Assembly: GCA_043739185.1 (NCBI GenBank)
Contig: JAYUEN010000387.1
Span: 1-64,000, forward strand
Direction: 5' to 3'
Origin: Bdellovibrionales bacterium
GTDB taxonomy: Bacteria > Bdellovibrionota > Bdellovibrionia > Bdellovibrionales > JAMPXM01
DNA length: 64,000 nt
Part shown: positions 1-8,701 of the stretch, in pieces
Numbering within the stretch: the stretch's first letter is position 1
Layout of the letters: each line of letters begins with the position of its first letter
The notes under the pieces: model-generated
What the model was told of the DNA's origin: nothing
Database searches by the model: none
Seen by the model: the letters and a program-made list of their open reading frames with translations, nothing else
Translations under genes and position numbers: made by a program

Positions 1-123
1 AGTCCAAAACCAGACCCGAAAAACTCCCAAATAACGCAAAAGCTTAAAAATACTTATCCACAGGAATTCAACTATAAGAAGAAAGAACCCAGGTCAATGC
101 ATAAGTATGTTTTTGTTTATTAT

Positions 124-236
124 AGAATTCAAATCAGTTTTTGCGGCAGCAGCAGCGGTCAACAGTTTTGCTGTTTCAGTGTTCAGTTGCAGTAACTGAA
201 TGCGGTTTGCCAGCGCCTGAAGTAATCAATAGCTTA
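124..236 (+). repeat. Dispersed intergenic element, copy 1 (degenerate)
   Basis: AGAATTCAAATCAGTTTTTGCGGCAGCAGCAGCGGTCAACAG...CTGTTTCAGT aligns with copies at 3889, 35758, 49610, 51984; abuts stop of the 237..653 gene. Confidence 0.8.
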
Positions 237-653
237 TCAACAATTTGGAAACTCAGAGCGACTGACAGAGTGATTTTCGCGAAAAGGTTTGAGCTGGGAG
301 TTGGTGCCGCGATGGTACTTTTGCCAACTGACTTGTTGAGCTTTGAGCCCTTCCGCTAAAAAATCAATTAAGCTTTGAATTTTTAAATCAAATTGAGAAG
401 TGAAGATTTCAAGCCCTACATATTTTAAATCCGTATTCGAGTGAAGATTAAAGTGTGAATCAGCTCCCAAGGCTACTCCCGAAACATTTGTATGGTGAAC
501 TTGAAAGAAATCGTGAACAATTTTAACTCCGGCAATACGGCATGCCTCAAGCATCAATTCTTTCATTTGATTCAGATTATTTACGAGGTCTTTTTCGCAA
601 TTTGTATATTCAACATGATAACTGAGACCTAACTGCCTAATCGCCATTTTCAA
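237..653 (-). CDS. speD: S-adenosylmethionine decarboxylase (SpeD)-like protein, divergent active site
   Basis: VSGVALGADSHFNLHS...YVGLEIFTS resembles SpeD (G.SG...ESH.SIHTWPE..YA.vDiFTC); next to a DUF4178 gene as in known speD/DUF4178 loci. Confidence 0.7.
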   Translation of the reverse strand: MKMAIRQLGLSYHVEYTNCEKDLVNNLNQMKELMLEACRIAGVKIVHDFFQVHHTNVSGVALGADSHFNLHSNTDLKYVGLEIFTSQFDLKIQSLIDFLAEGLKAQQVSWQKYHRGTNSQLKPFRENHSVSRSEFPNC

Positions 654-746
654 TCCATTTGTAAGAGGTGGACTTAAAAAGATATCATAAGGTCTTTGAG
701 TAAAATCTTAAGTTTATGTAAATTAATCGGACGCCTTGCGTCCTGC

Positions 747-857
747 TCAATGAAGAATATAATTTAGAATGTAAAACCCAATTAAATTTGAATAGGTGAG
801 TAATCCACAAACCAGAAGACAATAAAAAAAATACAATTTGACGTTGTGGTTGAGCAT
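747..857 (-). CDS. Small hydrophobic membrane peptide (36 aa, MLNHNVKLYFFYCLLVCGLLTYSNLIGFYILNYILH), below ORF-track cutoff
   Basis: ATG at 857, 1 nt after the DUF4178 stop; TGA 749-747; followed by GGACGC-CTT-GCGTCC hairpin (729-743). Confidence 0.5.
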   Translation of the reverse strand: MLNHNVKLYFFYCLLVCGLLTYSNLIGFYILNYILH

Positions 858-858
858 T

Positions 859-2667
859 CTAATTTCTCCCCTTTAGCCTTTTTAAGTTTCGCTTTCGCCG
901 AATCTCAAAGTTTTGATCAATTGCCAAAAGAACAAAACTTGGCATGCTGATGAGAAGGACTGCGAGAAAAAAGTTACTCCACGATTTGGCTCCATAGACA
1001 ACCGCTACTTTTAAATCAAAGCTTTCGCTCTTTGACTCAAGATTATTCAAAATTTTGAAGTTTAAAAGGTAAAGCCCGCTCGGAACACTTGAAACGAATT
1101 GAGACTCATGATTGTTCATTAAGGGAAATTTGAATTTCCTTTTATCTTGAAGGTCCAAAAGCTGGGCTTCAAATCGTAGTGGTAAAGATTTGAGACTATC
1201 GATTGAAAAACTAAGTGCCTGAGTTGCGCCCCTTAATTCAAACGGCTCGGTGCTTTGACTTGTTTCGTCCGAATCTTTAGAAAAATGAAGTTGACTCTGA
1301 TGAATAGTGCTTCCTGAGTTCTGTATGCTTCTCAATTGTACAAAAAAACAGACAGTCAAAAAAAGAATTTGAATAAATAGAATCTCTTTAACTAAATGAT
1401 GAAAAGGCGAAACTTGATGCGGAATAGAGCCCATTGGCTCGGGTAGGGTTTTAGTCAATTTAAAAGCCGAGGAAACTTGGCTTGGGTTCAAATAGCGCCC
1501 GAGGTAGATTTTTGTTTCAGATGCAAAAATTTCTTGGCTCAATTCGAAAGGTCGAAAGATAAAATGCCGCATTTTAAAAAGCTCATCCTTTTGTAATGGC
1601 CAAAAAAATTCGCCAGTTGCAAAAACCAAGCGCCATTCGGACTGGTGGCTATAATTGTATTTTTGCCCTCGGTAGGTGATGGGCAAGTCTTTGTTTGTTG
1701 GCTGTAAATCCGAAACACTACGGTTTATGCTCCAGTGGCCATGTTCACAGTCTAGCCAACGATATGAATTCGTCGGACTAAACAAAAGATAGCGAATCAT
1801 TTCGGTCTGTGGTGATTCAGCTTGAAGAAAGCGGACACATCCAATCACTTCGAAAAGCTCACCTAGTATTTTGCCTTTAGTACCGAGTGAAATGAGGGGG
1901 GTGAATTTATACTGAAGATCAAATTGCTTTAAGCTCATGTGATCATCTGAAGCAATATCAACAATAAAATAACAAGAATGGCAAACCGCCCGAAAAGAAA
2001 AGCTTTTAAAGCGTACTAAGAAATTACCTGAACAGTTGGGGCAAATAATCTTCTGTATACGGCCAGCGCCGTCTAAAGCTTTTAAGTTCTTGGCGTGAAG
2101 TTTTGCGAACTCTAAAATCTGCCCTCGTGAAATCATGGGCGGAAATTCAAATCTTGGGTCCTCTGTATATTCAAATTGATACAATATTGTTTTGGCGTCA
2201 GTACGATCTATCTCTTCGGCCCATAAGATCTGAGAGCGTTCACGTCCATTGCTTATTAGTAGACTTTCGCCATTTTCAAACTCAAGAATTGCTGAGTAAA
2301 TCTTTTGAACGCGAAGGCGCTTCCCGGCATAGGTAAAGATATCTTGCGGCCGAAGTGCAGACGGCTCAAAGCTTCTGGCAGATTCATTTGCCGCTTCAAA
2401 GAAAAATAAACTCCAAGTGCCTTGTGCCTCTCGGATCCAGCCCAACTTCGAATCTTCAAATAAAATAAGCCATTCGAGCCATGAAATCTGGTTGGTCACT
2501 TTTTTCTTGCATCCTATAACTGAAAAATTCTCGGAATTGAATTCACCCGTGCTACCAATTTGCAGGGGTGAGTCGTGCGCAGGTAAAATATGGCAATGTA
2601 CACAGATGTTTTGAAGCGTCTGAGGCGATTGTTGGGTAAGAGGTGCAGAGCAATGAATGCAGTTCAT
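859..2667 (-). CDS. DUF4178-like protein (two Zn-ribbon+DUF4178-like modules, C-terminal TM segments)
   Basis: CxxC..CxxC followed by LQIGSTG.F....F.VIG...W.EW; repeated as CPNC..CHSC..LGTKG...FEVIG...YRWL..EHGHW; ATGEFFW motif. Confidence 0.75.
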   Translation of the reverse strand: MNCIHCSAPLTQQSPQTLQNICVHCHILPAHDSPLQIGSTGEFNSENFSVIGCKKKVTNQISWLEWLILFEDSKLGWIREAQGTWSLFFFEAANESARSFEPSALRPQDIFTYAGKRLRVQKIYSAILEFENGESLLISNGRERSQILWAEEIDRTDAKTILYQFEYTEDPRFEFPPMISRGQILEFAKLHAKNLKALDGAGRIQKIICPNCSGNFLVRFKSFSFRAVCHSCYFIVDIASDDHMSLKQFDLQYKFTPLISLGTKGKILGELFEVIGCVRFLQAESPQTEMIRYLLFSPTNSYRWLDCEHGHWSINRSVSDLQPTNKDLPITYRGQKYNYSHQSEWRLVFATGEFFWPLQKDELFKMRHFIFRPFELSQEIFASETKIYLGRYLNPSQVSSAFKLTKTLPEPMGSIPHQVSPFHHLVKEILFIQILFLTVCFFVQLRSIQNSGSTIHQSQLHFSKDSDETSQSTEPFELRGATQALSFSIDSLKSLPLRFEAQLLDLQDKRKFKFPLMNNHESQFVSSVPSGLYLLNFKILNNLESKSESFDLKVAVVYGAKSWSNFFLAVLLISMPSFVLLAIDQNFEIRRKRNLKRLKGRN

Positions 2668-2702
2668 TGGGATACTTTACCTCAGATTGAGGCACTGTCT
2701 AT

Positions 2703-3662
2703 TTAGATCTTCCAGTAGAGGCTGAGGATGGTCGACATAAATTTGCTGTCAAAAATCGAACCCGACAAATCTGTATTTTTAGAATTGTCTTGTGAAAGCC
2801 AAATGACGAATTCAGGGGCAAATCGATATCCAAAACCATACTTATCATGAATATTATTTGTAAAATGATTGTCATAATAACCCGTGGCTTCGTATCGAAC
2901 TTCATTGCGAAACATAAAATTTGGAGTCATCTTTATAAGCCCGATGATGGAGCTATCACTATAAAAATTGCAATTGGCAACATATTGGGGGGAAGTAGGT
3001 GTCAGTGCCGACGTCAGAAAGGTTGGGGGAATTGCCTGTGGATCACTCATGGGTTCATTTTTAGTCAGGGCCACAGTGTCTGCGGCAGGAATATATGCAC
3101 TTTCGTAAAAGTACTCGTAATTGCGGCTCGAAATCGTAAATACAAATGGGTTAACGATAAAATCAATAAAGCTCTTGAGACCAGCTCCACCATATTCACT
3201 TTGACTTTGTGAGCTTCGCGAGGTGGGGATCGATGCTATGAGACTTAGGCCAGCATCCCAGCTCGAAGAGCTCTGCTCATTGGCAGGTGGAGAATAGACA
3301 TAAGTAATACTTAAATCGGCATCTTGTAAATCTGAGTTCGCGGCATTTTTTACAGACGTCATTTGATCATATTCAAGAGACATACTGAGCGACAGTTGCT
3401 TGCTTAAGCCATATCGGAGGCCGAGTTCGTTTGCTAAAAGATTATTCACACTTGCGGGAGTGAAATAAAAGCGATTGGTGATGCTTAAATCAATATTTGA
3501 GAGCAAACTTTTTTTCTCTATCGGGATTTGGGATTGATTTGTGCTTAGGGAAGTTGAATTCTGAGCAAAAGCCTGTGACCGAAATGCACATAAAATTAAA
3601 ACAGCTTTCACCAATTGAAAGGCATATTTTTTAATATTTACTAAAGCACTTTGGCAAAGCAT
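2703..3662 (-). CDS. Exported hypothetical protein, probable outer-membrane beta-barrel
   Basis: Signal peptide ending QAFA; alternating amphipathic strands; C-terminal LSLYWKI. Confidence 0.6.
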   Translation of the reverse strand: MLCQSALVNIKKYAFQLVKAVLILCAFRSQAFAQNSTSLSTNQSQIPIEKKSLLSNIDLSITNRFYFTPASVNNLLANELGLRYGLSKQLSLSMSLEYDQMTSVKNAANSDLQDADLSITYVYSPPANEQSSSSWDAGLSLIASIPTSRSSQSQSEYGGAGLKSFIDFIVNPFVFTISSRNYEYFYESAYIPAADTVALTKNEPMSDPQAIPPTFLTSALTPTSPQYVANCNFYSDSSIIGLIKMTPNFMFRNEVRYEATGYYDNHFTNNIHDKYGFGYRFAPEFVIWLSQDNSKNTDLSGSIFDSKFMSTILSLYWKI

Positions 3663-3717
3663 GGGGTCCTCTGGGTTCTGGCTTTCAGATTCATTTAAAT
3701 TGTCTCCTTAGGATCAA

Positions 3718-3733
3718 AGCAATTCGAATGCCT
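3718..3733 (-). promoter_or_regulatory. Putative sigma54 promoter (-24/-12)
   Basis: AGGCATTCGAATTGCT on minus strand = GG-N10-GC, 56 bp upstream of the 3662 start. Confidence 0.55.
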
Positions 3734-3888
3734 AAAAATATGAATGAGAAAGTGGATTGAAAACAATACGATGCTTGCTGGAGCTAAAATTTACGCCAGT
3801 TTGAAGGCTTGCTGAATTTTGCATTGACATGTCAATTTGGTCGACACCCCGTCCCTTTCTTCTTTTTGTTGGTCTCGTTTTAACTCTT

Positions 3889-3969
3889 AGAATTCAAAGC
3901 AGTTTAAACGGCAGCAGCGGCCGTCAACCGCTTCCAGTTTCGGTGATCGGCCTTCAGTGGGTCAGCTTA
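3889..3969 (+). repeat. Dispersed intergenic element, copy 2
   Basis: AGAATTCAAAGCAGTTTAAACGGCAGCAGCGGCCGTCAACCG...CAGTGGGTCAGCTTA; near-identical 5' part and 3' end to the copy at 49610. Confidence 0.85.
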
Positions 3970-4381
3970 TATAGGCATGCGCCTAATTGATCGGCCATTG
4001 GTTTTAAGAATTTTCGTAGTTATCAATTAGCTATGCGTCACTTCGTGAAACTCAAGTTTTGCTAGAGATTCTTGAGCAGGCAGATTTGAGTAAGATTGCC
4101 AATGAGTTAGGCGCAATGATCTACAAATTAAAAATGATTTAAAGTTGAAACCAAAGGAGCCAGATCGACAATCTGGCTCTGATTCGGGATCAGCTGCTGT
4201 TGACTGAATTCGGAATGCCTGACGCTGAAGTTTTCAACATTTTACCAACTAAAAGAAGTTAGAACCCATCCTGATGCGCGTTGCGTTTGACGTTTCAGGC
4301 TGACCTGCTTGACTGCTTTGACTTAGCAGCGTTGGGTTGCTAATAAATTCTTAGAAAAAAATCTTTAGAATGGGGAATTTT

Positions 4382-4843
4382 ATGAAAAACTTACTATTGG
4401 CTTTATTGATGATGGGCGCGAACTGTTTAGCAAGTTCTATTGCTTTTGCGGATGTCGGAATGCCAAAAAACTTCAGCCTGCTAGCGACTGTGGCTGGCCC
4501 AATAGTCAATGGTCAGATATCAGAAATTCATTTAAATCAATTTAAGCCCACTAAGGACCTGCAATGTAGCGAACTTGGGACTTATGATTATTCTGGTCCT
4601 GAGCTCAAATTAAATATTGGTGGGGAAGAATATGTAATGGATTCAAGCTTTTCAGCAGGTCTTGGCTTTGTTAGCGATACATGCGGGCTCGAGGCCTCAA
4701 ATATTTCATATATGTTGCTTAAATTTAATCATACTAAACTTGCGGCAAGCATTGGGGTTGAAATCGATTTAGTGCACAATCTCATTCGCATAGCTTCGCA
4801 TGAGCTCAGCAGCGCTGCTGGCAATATCACCTCTCACTATTAA
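4382..4843 (+). CDS. Exported hypothetical protein
   Basis: MKNLLLALL...IAFA signal peptide; alternative start 4370. Confidence 0.65.
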   Translation: MKNLLLALLMMGANCLASSIAFADVGMPKNFSLLATVAGPIVNGQISEIHLNQFKPTKDLQCSELGTYDYSGPELKLNIGGEEYVMDSSFSAGLGFVSDTCGLEASNISYMLLKFNHTKLAASIGVEIDLVHNLIRIASHELSSAAGNITSHY

Positions 4844-5012
4844 GTGAATCTTAGGCCGAGAAGTATAGCTCTTCTCGCTTGCCGCTCATTTGGCTTTTGT
4901 TAGCCTTTTGTAAGGAAGTAAATTAGTAATTCCAAAGCATTATCTACTGGCTAAAATAACTCAATCGTAATACTTTCCCGTGCACTTTAACCAATTGCAA
5001 AGGGAGAGTTTT

Positions 5013-6530
5013 ATGAAAAAATTCACTACTCAATTTCGCAACTCTTTTATTTTCATCTTTTTGGGGTTTTCAGTTTTGGGTTCCTTGGTTCAGGCGGCGG
5101 GCCTCCCGAATAAAACGGCAAGCCCTGTTATCGTGAACGGCCGGGTTCCTCAGCCACTCACTCCGATTCGAAGACTTTTAATGGATGACAGCGCATTTGC
5201 TGACCAAAAAATTAAATCCGAAAACTTCATGATTCAAAATTTGAATATTCCTGGGGTTCGACCCGGAATCATTGTGGCCTCTCCAAGTCAAAATGCACCA
5301 AATTATTTTTTTCATTGGATTCGTGATGCCGCAATTACCTTCATGCAAGTGCAAAACTTATATTTGACTGATGCTGGGGGCATCCGAAACTCAATTCAAT
5401 CTTGGATGACTTCACATATGTCTCTCAATATCGGGTTTCAAGCTATTCCAAATCTAATGGCAGGATTGGGTGAGCCTAAATTTAATTTTGATGGCTCGGC
5501 CTTTCAAGGGCCGTGGGGGCGTCCGCAAACCGATGGTCCCGCATTGCGCGCGATTAGTTTTATTTATTTTTTAAATACGGTCATTAAAGAAAACTGGCCA
5601 AATCAAAATGAAATTTTGGCTCGGCTTTACAGTCCGACCATGCCCAATCACAGTTTGATAAAATTAGATCTCGAATACGTTGCTCACAACTGGAATATTT
5701 CTTCATTTGATTTATGGGAAGAAGCCTATGGTGCGCACTTTTTTACATTAATGGTGCAACGAAGAGCTTTGATGGCTGGGGCTCAGCTTGCACGCCGACT
5801 CGGCGACAACGGAGCAGCCCAATTCTATTCGCAACAGGCGCAAAGTATAGGTCAAGCGCTACAAGCGTTTTGGAATTCCAATCTAAATTATATTCTTACC
5901 AGCATAAATGTTTTGAGTGGTCCGAGAAAAGTTACATCGCTTGATTCTTCCGTATTACTTGCTGCACTTTATGGTGATATTGGAGATGGCTATTATGCTC
6001 CTTATGACGATCGCGTATTGGCAACATTGCAGGCGCTGAAAGATGTTTTTCAAAAAGAATATCCTCTCAATAGGGACCCAAATTTAGGCGTGGCAATGGG
6101 AAGGTATCCTGAGGATACTTATGATGGCGTGAATACAAATAGTATCGGGAATCCATGGTTTATCGCAAGCCAAGCTGCCGCAGAAGTCTATTATCGAACA
6201 GCACTTCATCTTCTTCAGGTAAAACAATTGCAAATCAATCCAATCAATTTGAGGTTTTTCAATAGTTTAATGAATGGTCAAACCATATTCAAGAATGGTC
6301 AAGTTATTGCCAATAATGATGCTGCAATTAAAGCAATTGCCCAACAATTGTTCGCACAGGGTGATCGTGAACTTGAGTTGACCCTTATGCATCGAGGAAG
6401 TGATGGCGCATTGTCAGAACAAATCAATCGAAATTCTGGTTATATGCAAGGCGCGGTTAACCTTACTTGGAGTCACGCGAGTTATTTATCCGCATTGGCA
6501 TGGCGCAATTATATTCGAAACCAAATGTAA
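5013..6530 (+). CDS. Secreted glucoamylase, glycoside hydrolase family 15
   Basis: NYFFHWIRDAA, WGRPQTDGPALRA, DLWEE, GRYPEDTY, GNPW, LSEQ, LTWSHAS motifs; signal peptide; RBS GGGAG. Confidence 0.92.
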   Translation: MKKFTTQFRNSFIFIFLGFSVLGSLVQAAGLPNKTASPVIVNGRVPQPLTPIRRLLMDDSAFADQKIKSENFMIQNLNIPGVRPGIIVASPSQNAPNYFFHWIRDAAITFMQVQNLYLTDAGGIRNSIQSWMTSHMSLNIGFQAIPNLMAGLGEPKFNFDGSAFQGPWGRPQTDGPALRAISFIYFLNTVIKENWPNQNEILARLYSPTMPNHSLIKLDLEYVAHNWNISSFDLWEEAYGAHFFTLMVQRRALMAGAQLARRLGDNGAAQFYSQQAQSIGQALQAFWNSNLNYILTSINVLSGPRKVTSLDSSVLLAALYGDIGDGYYAPYDDRVLATLQALKDVFQKEYPLNRDPNLGVAMGRYPEDTYDGVNTNSIGNPWFIASQAAAEVYYRTALHLLQVKQLQINPINLRFFNSLMNGQTIFKNGQVIANNDAAIKAIAQQLFAQGDRELELTLMHRGSDGALSEQINRNSGYMQGAVNLTWSHASYLSALAWRNYIRNQM

Positions 6531-6545
6531 AAGTGGGGATTTGAA

Positions 6546-8429
6546 ATGCAGTCCAAATTGAATAATGCTTTGTCCGTTCTGCAAAAAATTGGACAAGCAT
6601 TGATGATTCCTGTTTCGGTATTACCTGCGGCCGGGCTGCTCGTTGCCCTCGGTCGAATCTTAAAGGATTTTGATAAAAGCGGAGCCTTGGTTGGCCAAGT
6701 TCTATTTTCCGGCGGGCTTGCCATATTTGAACAGCTCCCTTTAATTTTTGCAATTGGTGTGGCAATCGGATTTACCGGTGGAGCAGGGATTGCGGGCCTA
6801 GCAGCGGCTGCAAGCTACTTCACGTTGATTAATATTTTAAAGGTTATCAGTGATCACGAAAAGCTATCTCTAGCTATAAATACAGGGGTATTTGGCGGCA
6901 TCATCGTGGGTCTCTTGGTTGCGCAAATTTACAATCGCTTTCAGAATATAAAGTTGCCTCAAATATTAGGTTTTTTCTCAGGCAAACGTTTTGTGCCAAT
7001 TATGAGTGTGGCCATGACTTTCATCTTGGCGCTTGCCTTGGGCTATTTGTGGCCCCCCATTCAAAGCGCAATTTATGACTTTGGTAATTCTGTCAATGGC
7101 TCAGCACTTGGGCCGGCATTTTATGCAGCAGGTAAGCGGCTACTCATACCGGTGGGGCTCCATCATGTTTACTATCCATCTTTTTTGTATGAGTTTGGAC
7201 AATATGTGACTTCGGCAGGACAAATTGTAAAGGGTGATTCAGCCAGGTATTTCGCCGGTGATATGAGTGCCGGTCGTATGATGGCATCTGAATTTCCGAT
7301 TATGCTTTTTGGCCTTCCGGCGGCAGCCTTTGCCATGTTTTTAGCGGCACCAAAAGCAAAGAGAAAAGCAGTCGGTGGAGTGATGCTATCGGCGGCACTG
7401 ACTTCAATTATTACCGGAATTACCGAGCCAATTGAGTTTGCTTTTATTTTTGTAGCACCCTTGCTTTATGTGCTTCATGTGGGCTTTGCCTTTTTAGCCG
7501 GAATATTAACTGCGCATTTCGACCTTCATTTGGGCTATACCTTTTCGGCCTCTTTGATTGACTTTGCACTTGGATATTTCAATCAAAAAAACAGTCAGTA
7601 TTTGTTTTTGGTAATTGGCCCCCTCATTTCTCTTCTTTACTTTTCAAGTTTTTATTTCGCTATTCGTTTCTTCAATTTTCAGACTCCTGGTCGCGAGATT
7701 GAAAAAAGCGAAAACTCTCTGAAAGTTCAAAAATTCTCAGACTCCGATTTGGCAAAAAATGTTTTGCTGGCACTTGGTGGGAGGCTCAATATTCAAAGTC
7801 TAGACGCCTGTATCACTCGCCTCAGAGTTGTGGTGCGTGATTCTGGTTTGGTCGATCAAGCCAAATTAAAGGCGCTGGGTGCTGCCGGAGTGATGCAGTC
7901 AGGAACCAATGTACAAGCAATATTTGGAGTAGAATCTGATTTCTTAAAAGAGGAAATTAAAATTCAAATGCGCTTGGGCCGCTTCGTAAGCCCAGGGCTC
8001 GGCCGAATCATGAATTTGTCAGAGGTTCCGGACGCAACTTTTTCAGGAAAAATCTTAGGCGATGGTTTTGCCATTGAGCCAAGCGAGGGCAAAATATATT
8101 CACCATGCATAGGTGAAATCACCACGGTGTTTCCGACTCGTCATGCGATTGGAATGTTGTCAGATGATGGACTTGAAGTCTTGATTCACGTCGGAATTGA
8201 TAGCGTTTTAATGAAGGGTGAGGGCTTTTCGAGCTTAGTGAAAGTTGGGGATCGCATTAAAATTGGTGATCTACTCATTCAGTTTGACTTAGCTTTGGTT
8301 GAGCTAAAAGCGAAATCCACAATTACACCTATCATAATAACGAATATGGATTCTGTAAAGAACCTGCGGCTACTTGAGACAGGTAAAGTTGGCCTCAAGC
8401 ATGATGTTTTAGAATTTGAATTTAATTGA
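6546..8429 (+). CDS. ptsG: PTS glucose-family EIICBA transporter
   Basis: LQKIGQALMIPVSVLPAAGLL, GLHH, GITEPIEF (EIIC); DACITRLR (EIIB); DATFS...GDGFAI, LIHVGID (EIIA). Confidence 0.92.
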   Translation: MQSKLNNALSVLQKIGQALMIPVSVLPAAGLLVALGRILKDFDKSGALVGQVLFSGGLAIFEQLPLIFAIGVAIGFTGGAGIAGLAAAASYFTLINILKVISDHEKLSLAINTGVFGGIIVGLLVAQIYNRFQNIKLPQILGFFSGKRFVPIMSVAMTFILALALGYLWPPIQSAIYDFGNSVNGSALGPAFYAAGKRLLIPVGLHHVYYPSFLYEFGQYVTSAGQIVKGDSARYFAGDMSAGRMMASEFPIMLFGLPAAAFAMFLAAPKAKRKAVGGVMLSAALTSIITGITEPIEFAFIFVAPLLYVLHVGFAFLAGILTAHFDLHLGYTFSASLIDFALGYFNQKNSQYLFLVIGPLISLLYFSSFYFAIRFFNFQTPGREIEKSENSLKVQKFSDSDLAKNVLLALGGRLNIQSLDACITRLRVVVRDSGLVDQAKLKALGAAGVMQSGTNVQAIFGVESDFLKEEIKIQMRLGRFVSPGLGRIMNLSEVPDATFSGKILGDGFAIEPSEGKIYSPCIGEITTVFPTRHAIGMLSDDGLEVLIHVGIDSVLMKGEGFSSLVKVGDRIKIGDLLIQFDLALVELKAKSTITPIIITNMDSVKNLRLLETGKVGLKHDVLEFEFN

Positions 8430-8440
8430 GAGGGGAAATT

Positions 8441-8701
8441 GTGGAAGTAGTTGTGAAGCTATTAAACGAAGAAGGAATGCACGCACGCCCAGCAGGAATA
8501 TTAGTTAAGCGAGTGGGGATGTTTCAATCTAAAATTGAACTGCAATACAATGGTAAAACCGCCAATGCAAAATCACTCTTAAGTATTATGGGGTTGGGAC
8601 TAACCGCCAATGCAGAGTTTACCATTAAAGCCGAAGGTATAGACGCCGAGTTGGCTTTGACTAGCTTGTCCGAAATGGTTCAAAGTAAATTTAAACTATG
8701 A
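8441..8701 (+). CDS. ptsH: Phosphocarrier protein HPr
   Basis: GMHARPA (His15) and AKSLLSIMGL (Ser46); GTG start after GAGGGG (alternative 8426). Confidence 0.95.
   Translation: MEVVVKLLNEEGMHARPAGILVKRVGMFQSKIELQYNGKTANAKSLLSIMGLGLTANAEFTIKAEGIDAELALTSLSEMVQSKFKL

Noticed and set aside
54..62. Perfect DnaA box TTATCCACA as a sign of oriC
   Set aside because: Single box at the window edge with no dnaA/dnaN/gidA context; the near-match at 801-809 lies inside a small ORF.
141..359. Short ORFs 141..359, 35624..35872 and 51876..52091
   Set aside because: They run through the GC-rich repeat and antisense to real genes, with no RBS or recognisable family.
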